A stretch of 45,944 bases of DNA, counting the filler, from Sphacelaria rigidula (taxonomy: Eukaryota), in the NCBI GenBank assembly GCA_964200075.2. It is 2 parts of 2 records of this genome, joined end to end, with 100 filler letters (N's around TTAATTAATTAA, not from the genome) between each part and the next. Parts side by side here need not be neighbours in the genome. Positions count along the whole stretch, not along the records: positions 23,026 to 45,944 come from CAXNAA020000300.1; 1 more part is not named here. One strand, given 5' to 3'. The position numbers and the translations under genes are program-made. Positions 35,962 to 45,944 of this stretch are shown in pieces. The notes under the pieces are model-generated. The model was not told the DNA's origin. It saw only the letters and a list, made by a program, of their open reading frames with translations, and made no database searches. The stretch's first letter is position 1. Every line of letters begins with the position of its first letter.

Positions 35962-38262
35962 TTCAACAATCCTGGTGGCTCTTTGGGGTGCCCAGCCTGT
36001 ACATGTGGTCAAAAGAAAAATGAGTCACTTCTTTGCGCTTACAAAAGGTTGGAAGATTTTTTTCTTCCAGGGCGATTTTTACTAGTTCGAAGAGGCCTGC
36101 TGGAACCATCATGCTTGAAAACAAAAATCAAAAACCTAACGGCTGGCAGTGCAGCCAAAATTCAAAATGCTACATGGAGCGTTTTGGACGCGATCGTCAT
36201 GTGCCGTTTATTTGCAAGCGAAACAAAGCTTGCGCACCCCAGCCGTGCAAGACAATGCGCCAAAGAAATACAACAGCTGAAGCCTACTGCTGCGTGATAC
36301 TTGTGCACCGTGCGACAAAAGGCGCGGGTCAATCGTATGCCGCAGGCTGCAGCAGTCCTCTCACGTGAGAGGAAGAAAAATGATCAAGCAGTGGGAGCAT
36401 ACTTTTGCCACAAACCCTCAATCAGTTTCCACGGGCTTGGGCAGAAACATGGAGTGCAGTGCAGTGCAGCTGTTCGAAAAGTATGCTCAATGCAGAGGGA
36501 AGGGCATGACCAGTGTAGTCGTGAAAACAACCGCGTGCATCGACTCTATCGCACAGTGCATACGAAGCTAAGTCGCGGGCTCGAGTCGGTGGTCGATACA
36601 CACCCGCAAGTGTCGTGTAAACGAAACGACATTTGGCGGATGAACCATCACCCTGCCGAGACAATGTGCACCTCCCCAACCCAAATATCGACGTCTTCAA
36701 TTGTACAGTGTACAGGGTACGCAAGGTGGCTGCGTAAGGAGGATATCAAGCTTGCCAAGCAAAGTGTAGTGCAAAACAAGTGTGCACGGATGAAACCTGA
36801 AATCCCCACCACGCGTGAACCACTGCGTTGTGTTTGATTCTTGTTCATGCAGTCAGGTTGAACCAGATCAAGCCTAGGTCGAACACATCAAACAGAAACC
36901 ACGTGTTGCGATGGGGGGAGGAAATTCCAACAGACTGTGTACATTGCGCACGAATCAGGCTCGTCCCCGACGGCCTCGCGAGCGGCGACAGCGTACACGA
37001 ACGCAACGCAGGGCCATCGACAGTCGTGGCTGCGTGGTTGATGGGACAGCAAGGTCCGGCCAAACAAGAGCGCACGAGAGACAAGGTAGACATAGACAAC
37101 GGCGTACGTGCCGCACGGGCCTGATTTTCAATTTCTTCGAGGTCCTCACCTTCGTTTGAACCTCCACAAAGATACGCACGTGATGTGCAAGCAGCAGGTC
37201 GTTACAGTCTACAGCAGAAGGAAGAGGACGCAAGTTGCTGGCTATGTCAAGGTAGAGCTTGGACGGCAGTGTCAAAGTAGAGCTTGGACTGGGAGAGTGT
37301 GCGGTCCTGGGTAACCACTAGTGGCTAGAAGCCAAGCCGCAAATGAGGCATGCTTGGCACACGCACGTTATTGACGTACGTAGCGCTGGATCATGATACA
37401 TGTCAACAAATATTTTTGCACCCGTATCCTAGATCTTTGACAGAGTTGTGTACTATCATCCTTGAGAACAGACCACGAGGCGATCGGACTAAAGGCACGA
37501 CTGAACCCCTCTCGCTATAAAAAAAATTAAGGCAATCGCCGCAGGAGGAAGGTGGAGAACTAAAGCAAACAAAAAAACAGCGTTGACCTTCCTCCTGTGA
37601 CCGCGGCTGCTGCGCCCACATGATATACCGAAGGGTGTAGATCGGCGTTCAGAATGGATAGGACGACAACACACACACATAGATGGACACGGACGCTTGG
37701 CAAAAGTGATGCAAAGGAAAAGCTTTCAGCAAGTAGGTGAGCAACAGTATGTTGTAGTCGGCGAGTGATGCGTGTGCACCTTTCGACCCCCTGTATCATT
37801 TCGGTGCAAGTACTGTTGGGCTCAGCATTGCCAGGACGATGGTTATCCCGTATCACACCGTTACCATGCCCAGTATGGTTGCCGTCGGATTTTCAAACTA
37901 TGGAAACCCGAATGCTATCGCGGCGCAATCGCTGGGAGCAAGCTTTGACAATGACATCTCAAGCGTTCTACAGCCAAGAACAGGCCCTACCCTCCCCCAA
38001 AACCGGCGGGCATGACAACTACATTGGATATATGAGGCACTATCGAAGCACAGCGTTGTTACAACCTGCGGTGAAACAGCCCAGGTTGGCGTCTAACGCG
38101 AATACCATGCTTCAACTCTACATGAGAGTTCCGAGCTGTGGAGCATGGCACCCTTCTGTTCTTTGTTCGGGGTATTGAGCGTTTGAGGGACAAAATTCGC
38201 ACGATTTCTCAAAGCTCCCAGGCGTCGTTTTTGAACGATGTGCGCGGCGTAGCCCAGCTTCA

Positions 38263-40337
38263 CCCTTAGACGACGAGCGTCGCCTCGGAACAGTTGTACA
38301 GGCTGACAGTCCCGAGACATCCGGGGGTTTAATGGTGGGGTCGTCTCTCCGCGGAGCATCGGAGGAACTCAGGGAATCAACCGTGTATGAGCCGTGCACG
38401 AGGCCCGAGTGGCGCGGGATGACCATCCTGACCAATCACGGTCGTCAAAATGAGCACTTTTGTTCCAGTAGTGGTAAACAGCTGGTAGACACATTCGCCA
38501 TCTACCCTCAAATCTAATTTTGATCATGCCATATCAACCATGAATTACATAATCGAAAAGCAGGTGTTTGAGCATCTTCGGTACCCTGTGTGTGTCCGTT
38601 TAGTACAGACTGGGCCAGCCTACAAGCGGATTCGTAGTTTGCAGGCGAATTCGCAATTTTTTTCTTGGAGTTGGAAAGTGAAATTTGGTATGGACAGTTT
38701 GCAGGGCATGAAAAACAGCTGTCTGTGAGGTTCCGAAGTTTCATTTTATTTTATTTTTCTCATGAGTTAAGGGCATTTTACCAAAACCTCGAAACTGATT
38801 ACTGCCCTTAACTCATGAAAAACAAAAATCGGGAACTCACACACAGCTTTTTTTCATGCCCTGTTGATTGTCCATACCAAATTTCACTGTCCAACTCCAT
38901 TTTTTTTTGCGAATTTACATTAGAAAACCGGGCCGGCGAGAAGTCGGAACAGTATTTTGCAGGCCGGTTATCGGCCCACGTTTGGTGTTTGTGGGTAGAA
39001 ACTTTGTGCGGGACCTGGCTAGGCCATAATGAACCAGGAAAAATGGGTGAGGTTAGTTTTTATCATCATTTTTCACTGATTGAGGGCGTTTTAGTATGAT
39101 ATTTTTTTTTCACGAGAAAGCCTGGACCTCTCATGAAAAATTGAGAAAAATGGAGGCCCATTTTTTTTTTTCACGTAACGTACCTCTGTCGTTCTCCATG
39201 CCAAGTTTCAAATCACACTCCTAAAAGTTGAGATGAAAAATTGAGAGAAAGCCCAAGAGCAATGTTGATTTCTCCTCAAAACTCCCCCCAAAACCCGAAA
39301 AAAGATGAAAAAAACGAGAGAAACCCGAACAAGCCGGGTTTTTAAATTCAATATGCATTAGCGATTCTTTTCACCAAATTTCACAGCACAACTCTCAAAA
39401 ACTGAGACGCGATATCCAGATCTAGGTCATCTAATGCCTCTGCTCGTAATATACTGATTTTAGTATTGAAATTTATGTGCGCCATATCTCGAAATAGATT
39501 ACGATTTAGGTGAAGGTGAAGGTATCTATCGTCTTCCCGTGCTTCAGGGAAGATCCACCCCCAAAATTTTCATCATCCGCTTAATCGATCGTTCGGGGTG
39601 TCATATAGGTTCAAGTGTGGACGCTATCTCCGCTAGGTATAGGAATTACCAGACATGGGATTGAAACAACGAGGAAAAATTGGCCCAGACTTTTGAGCAG
39701 ATGGGCACCTTCCCCTTGATTAGACTGTCAATACGATATGAGGATCACGACTCAACTCGTCTGTGTTGTTGAGATATTGCTTTGAGAGCTTGAATCCGTT
39801 TTTAGGCTGGCCCAGCGTCGTACTAGCTCCACACCTCCATCTGGTGCAAAACGTCATGGCATAACACGCGAGCGGCGGCCACGAGTATCTCACGCACGTA
39901 GATGTAGACACGTAATTCGACGATGAGGCGACCGCCATCGCCGAGCAAATGCTTTACGGTAGTCAGGGTCGTTCGCGACGGTAGTCATGGTGCGATACCG
40001 AAACGCACGCTGCGTACACTCGCATGTTCAACACTGTAAGATCCAGTACGCTGCAGACCGCACGTGCAGCCGCGGCACGATACACTACAGTCTGCACAGC
40101 AAAAAATGAGGCGTAATAATCAGTCGGTCGACAACCACACCACCGTCGGTATTTTGACTCTCTCAACCATGTGCCTCTTATGAACCCCCGGTCCCTTCCG
40201 CCGTAGGGTAGCCGTTTTGAGTTGTGACGAGGGAATGATTCTGGACCCAAAAAGTGGCGTGTCTACCTCAGTCTACCAGCGTGGGGGCGTTCTCATTTGT
40301 AGCTTGCCTTAGTCGTTTGACCATCGCCGTCTAAGGG
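38263..40337. mobile_element. Longer non-autonomous piggyBac-like element, family 2 (~2.1 kb)
   Basis: TTCA|CCCTTAGACGACGA...TCGCCGTCTAAGGG|TTGA. The first ~68 bp are homologous (inverted) to 20277-20344. The flanks are only TTAA-like, so pairing these two ends is less certain. Confidence 0.55.
38648..38915. repeat. Long imperfect hairpin
   Basis: Outer arms AATTCGCAA / TTGCGAATT. GAAATTTGGTATGGACA pairs with TGTCCATACCAAATTTC. Inner arms TCATGAGTTAAGGGCA (38760-38775) / TGCCCTTAACTCATGA (38803-38818). Confidence 0.85.
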
Positions 40338-43300
40338 TTGAATCGAGTTTACCGAAAAACTGAGCATCTTGCGGCACATACGGAAACAGTAGTCTAGTGC
40401 ACAGGCTACAGTTCGATCAGTCGACGCGAGCAGGTCCCGGCAGTGGATACTTCGTCGTGTCCCGATCGCACATGACTGCACGTAGTCCGTCCAAACCTAT
40501 CCTCAGTCGCACGGCCTGTGTACCTCCATGTTTAGTGTGTATTATTAGTTGTCCCGCTGAGCAGGACATAACCACGTTTCTTCTCATCACACATGGCCAG
40601 TTCACTCAGACCCGTGCTCGAGGGATACAACAGTACACCACCAGACAATTTGAGGGCAAAACATCACACCGACTACTAGTCGCCCGTCTAGATGGCGAGG
40701 TACACCCTCTAGTGGGAGACTTCAGAGGGTGACACTCCGAAAATAAAAAGAAGCAATCACTCATCTCAGGCGGGGAGAACTCGAGCAGCCGCAATACCAG
40801 CAATATGACAACAAGAAATTATATGACGAAACAAGGAAATCAGAGGGAGTAGAAGTGCAGAGACCATGCAGAAGGACGAGGAATGTATGAGCCACCCCGT
40901 GGATAATTACAAGTACATGAAAGTATATCAAGAACGTGGGCATCGGTGTGCTGGAAAATGACCGACCCTTCATCCGCTCTGCTAAAGCGCACGTCGCACC
41001 CACAAATTAAAACACTTCCGGTGAGGGAGTTGGTCAACATCAACTTTATCGACGTCTGGCGCGGCCACGTCATTGGAAAGATCGTTGGGATCGTTTTACG
41101 ATGCCCCATGTAACTTACGGGACAACAGGTCGGTCCTTGATTGTGGAATAAATTGAGGTGCAGAGACTAATCTCATGGCATGTTACTCTTCGTCACGGAT
41201 GGTACGGTAGCATGCCATGCACTCTGCTGGATGATTTTTCCAGACATAGGTGACGCCTCGTGCACCTGATATCCCGCGTTACAAGGTTTCTAATGTCAAC
41301 CTTCTAACGTGCTGCACGCTGCCCTCGTCCACGATTGATCATATCAGTACACTGGCCTCAGCGCACTTGGCAGTATCCAATCCAGGGACCAACGGGCGCT
41401 GGAACCACTAACCCGTCATGACGGGCACCAGCATGAGGGCTACGCTCCATACTTTCACTGAGACCTGTTATAGTTGATTGCTAATCCAGTTCGGCCGCTT
41501 CTTTTGGCAAACAAGGAAAAATATCCCGGGAAATTGCCTTTTGATAATGTTGTGTCGTTGTCCTCCTACGCCTTGAAAGAGAGCGAAATGGATGTTGACA
41601 CTTCAGAATGTTTTGCTGTAGCTATTGGGACGGTTCCAGGGCATCCTTGCATTATCCGGTAGACGCAGTTTTTTGTTGCCAAACTTGCACTTGAAAGCCC
41701 AGGCGATGTCAAGGGAAACCAGACGGATGTCGGGAGGTCCAGACATCCACAGACAGTACAGTGATAAGCACAGCACATGAGAGAGGCCGTGAGTGTTTTT
41801 GTGCTGCAGCGCAGTAAATCAAGTCATGTTCCATGGTTTAGTTCTTTGCCTGATTTCGAATGGGTCCTCCATTTGAGCCAGGTGCCGATTGTGAACGCCC
41901 GGCCGTAAGCACCGTGGTGCGACTACGCAGGAGCACTCCTCAGCTACACAGTAGTGAAACGTACACTAGTTTGCATATGAATGTAGTACCACTACGGCAT
42001 CAGAGACCGTTGCCGGAGAGAATAGCATTAAAATAAGTTGGAAAAGTATTCGTTCAGTCTCGCCCCGAAGAATAATTACATCCTCTCGAGAGCACAATTA
42101 TCCTGCCGAGAGACCGCTGCCAAACCGTCCAGCAATCACAGGGGATAACAGCGTAAGGTACAATAGTATGCCGTTTCAGTTTTTGGTGTTGTGAGGACGG
42201 TACGGTATGCAGTTTACTTGGAACGACTGGCTACTGAGGTGTAGTACAACAAAAACCGTGCACTTCAGGTCACGGCACAGCAGAAAGGTGCGGTAATTCA
42301 CACCATGATATGGCTCCACGTTTGGCAGTGTTGTGCAGCGAAACCCTCGACATTTATTAGCCGCATGTACATCATACACCTGAGGTGAGCACCAGCTGTG
42401 TGTGCGACATGACAATCAGCAGCATCCTGCGAACGATGGATGAAGAAAACGATCCGTCTAGCTCAACAAGAGTCACCAACGAAATTTGCCGTTGGGTCAA
42501 AGACGGGTTCTGGGGACACCTACCCAGCCGAAAATGAAACGCCACAACTGCTTGAAATACTACCGGTAAACCGACAGGGAGGCAGCTTTGGGACCCGAGA
42601 GCCGTTGCTTCGCTTCGGGCCCGAGAGCACATGTTATTCGAAGTTCGGAAGCATAATCTTTGACGGACACTAAAGGCCCCGGCTGGTTTTCGGCCCAAAA
42701 GAGCCCACGGGCAAAGGCCTGAAAGTAGCTGGGGCCTCTGCGCCTCGACACAAATTCATCGACCAACCGCTATGGCATCGGCTCCCATGGGCCGAGATAA
42801 CAATAGAGGATATCGCAGATGCCCTCACCGTCCGCCTCCCAGTCACTCTGTGCAAGTGTATTCTCATCTGGTTTCGAGACATCCAGCCTGGGCTCTCGAC
42901 CATGAGCTTCCTCGCTCTTGCCGTTGTTGCAATTGATACTCGTGCGGCATGATGTGGACCTCGACCGTGCGCTCCTTCGACCTCTCGCCGACTTCGCATC
43001 CTGCTCGGGATATTGTGCATACAATCCATCAGCAGAGACGATCCTGGCTCGCACGTTAAACATATCTTTCACCTGTTGTGAGATGCATGGTCGCACTCAA
43101 TCTTGCGGTTCTAGCTGCTGCCCGGACAATGCACTCGTGCTTGAGAGTTGGGAATCCAACCCACGAACACAAGTGTCATACAAGGTAGAGCTACCATTTT
43201 TTGTACTTCGTATGAAGCAAGTATTCCGAAATTGATTTGATATCGTGCTTGAGGTGTTTTCCGCTCATATCTTGCCTCTATCGAAAATCAAGAACGGAGC

Positions 43301-45944
43301 GATAGTGCATAGCACACCCAGGTCAGGCATTCCAACTATCCGCCCTCCTGAAAAAAAAAACGTGAAGGCAGTTCAGGAGGAGTACCACATGTCTTGATCG
43401 CTTGCTGCAAATGACCGGGCTTGGCATTGGCCGAGCTCGCGTACCACGCACTTCTTTTTGAGAGACCCCACCTGCTCACGGAATGTAGTGGCGCGAGAGA
43501 AAGCCCCCACGGCAAAGGCATAAGCTAATATGATGACGGAGGGCAGATCAGCGCCCCAAGGGTATCACTGGGGTGTGGTCACGGCACACGTGTCCATTGC
43601 GAGAGACGCGAACCACCGTAATGTGCAATAGCAGGTTTCTATCGTGTATGCGTCCTGAATGCTGGCTCACGTGTCAGTGGATGACGAAGGCGTGTCTCTC
43701 TCCCACCGCACCAGCCTCGACACTCTAGAAGATGCATTTTCTTCATGTCCGGTAGACGGCCAACAACTCACGGTCCGCCGTAATATTCCAACGACACCGA
43801 GTTCCGATAGTGCCTGTGCGGCCTAGTCTCGAGATAAAGGGCAGGGGAATGTTGGGTAGTTGAGTCGTCGTGGTTTGGCTCAACCAGCTGGAAGATCCAT
43901 CAATCTTGAACAATGACGATTTTCAAGTTCAAATGATCCTTCTCTGGCCGGTAAAACCGTCGACGTCCGCTCTGCCAGCCGTCCGCAGTCGCGCCGCGTC
44001 GCGCACCCCGAAATCAGGGGCAGAGCCTGTTGTTCTCCATTACCGGCCTGAGCAGCGAACGGGTAGCTGCGTAAGCACTTGTATGCTGTAAGCAACGTAT
44101 TGCCACGCTCCGGCTACTTTATCCGGTGTCTGCTTGTTCTGATAATAGTGTATAATGCGTACGGTTGTTTCAGCATGTGGCGCAACGGCCCGACACCCGA
44201 CGCCTCTCAGACTCAATGGTTACCGCCGTTTCATCCCATGGTGTAACGGCTGATGCCGCTCAGCCAGCCTCTGGTGTTTGGTGTCAACCTTCCGTTCTTC
44301 ATGCCTGTCGCCTATCGCAGTCACGCCATGAGGATACGCGACTGTTTTTGGCCCTGCATGTGATATCAATAGATCGTGGCCCAGCGAGACTAGCGGCTTC
44401 ACGTTGAGAGTCAGGCCGGGCAACTCGAGGCGCATGCCGCGTAGACATGCTGCCTCGCTGTGCAGTCGATCGGCGGTGCAGCTGCCTGTATCACATGAAA
44501 GAACAGATAACTTCCGTAGCACAGTCCTTCTTGTACCGTAGGGGCTCTCTTCTTCGGTGGTCCAAGGTCGGCCGATGTGGCGCTTGGTTCAAGGCTAGTC
44601 CAGATTTGGAGCGTCCACTGAGGATACTGTGCCGATACACGTGTTCATGGGTTTCTGTACTTTGGACGGGTTAGGCATGGCGGCGAGTTTTCAAGGTTTC
44701 TGCACGAGTGTTGTCAAGGTCGAACGTAAGCCATACTTTCATTTATGCTCTACCGGGTAAAACTTCGGAGTCGGCGCGCCAGCCTGGCGTTGGGCTCCAG
44801 CTATTTGTTTGGAGCGACGATAGAGAGGATCCAGCTGAGTGACGGGGGAGACAGAGAGGAGGAGTCCGCATGACCGCGAGTGGTGATTCCCCGTCAGGAG
44901 AGCGTGCAAGGCGATTGCGTGCGTCGGGCTTTGTCAGGTATATCTCCTATACCGTACCGATTGTACATATGTACAGTTTTTGATTCCACTTGCACTCTTT
45001 GTTCCCTTTCCCCGCGGTGGCAGTCCAGTCCATCACCACGCAGGGACAGCGAATTGTTCCGTTGTCTGTCTGGGTCGCACGCCTGTACAACAAACGCACT
45101 TCCATTTCTTCAAGTAGCATACGAAACGTTTCGGCAGCATGTTGAGTCCTCTCATATCTCTAGAGCTATTTATGGTCACTGAGCCCGCCTGCCACAACGC
45201 TACCCTAAGACCAAGATAGTTCGGCGCATGTTGTTTGGCGCTCTCCCGACATACTTTTCTGCAAGTTCTGTAGGTCAGCACAGTCGTACAGTCTACACAG
45301 CCGTTGGCTATACCAATCCGAGCCCGAAAAGTGTTCGGTTGTTAACACCATGCAAATACAGACGAGAGACAAGCAAAAGTGTTGCGCCGAAATATAAAGC
45401 ACAAGTGTTTCGGAACAGGATCTGAGCTCTTTTCGCCTCCTCATGCAATGTTGCAGCGCTCAACCTCAGATTCAGATATACGCCTGGGCTTGTTGGCTGT
45501 GGAATACCGGTACATGGCATATGGCTGAAGTTTCAGCGCCTTGCAGCGACGACAGCGCGCGTACCACCGTGACTCCCGCGCTGGGCATCCCTACAGACGA
45601 TATCGGAAGGAACTTTTCACGAGGATTGCAAGGGTCGGACGAATTCACGATTCGTCCGGAAATGACTTGATTTTAGTCCGATTGATCACTACCGTACGAG
45701 TCAATCCTTACGCTTTGTTTTCAGCGTTGCAACCCAGGTATGCCCATCCCAGGCACGTGGGGTGGTGCGAAAGTTACGTGGAGACCTGTTAGACCAGCGG
45801 TCGACTTTTTCTCTCTTTCGATCAATCAGGCCTAAGACCCACTTTTATGGCCAACGAATCCCGATTTTTTTGGACCTCGATTTTGAAAAAATCTGGGGGA
45901 CTCAAATTCGTGTACTCAAAATCGGGGTGATCATTGTATGTCAC

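Noticed and set aside
43632..43658. Possible next Era exon (CAG|VSIV...)
   Set aside because: It hits a stop after seven codons, lies 39 kb away and across the assembly linker; most likely chance.

Overview
Intron-rich, repeat-dense eukaryotic nuclear DNA, most likely from a stramenopile (brown) alga: it has GT-AG introns, two proteins with signal peptide plus Phe-type bipartite plastid presequences, and many short repeats. I can reconstruct two complete, phase-consistent minus-strand genes. (1) A 5-exon bifunctional thiamine gene (ThiD HMP-P kinase + ThiE thiamine-phosphate synthase, 668 aa, 8176->3121) whose motifs look proteobacterial. (2) A 3-exon NEET/CDGSH [2Fe-2S] protein (106 aa, 21577->12098) that the ORF track fragments because of an 8.1-kb intron and a 50-nt exon; its signature reads CNGAH instead of CDGSH. 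An artificial 100-nt assembly linker (N44-TTAATTAATTAA-N44, 22926-23025) splits the window, and I found no intact gene to its right. The rest is mobile-element material: TTAA/CCC piggyBac-type non-autonomous elements, (CAAT)n-tailed LINE-like 3' ends, a tRNA-derived SINE sharing its 3' end with those tails, a 157-bp tandem array inside terminal inverted repeats, fold-back hairpins, and dead gene fragments (Era-like GTPase, USP-like protease). Nothing here proves a new biological system; the best leads are the NEET variant, the bacterial-type ThiDE, the SINE/LINE pair and the transposon-enclosed satellite. All homology calls come from recalled motifs, not database searches.
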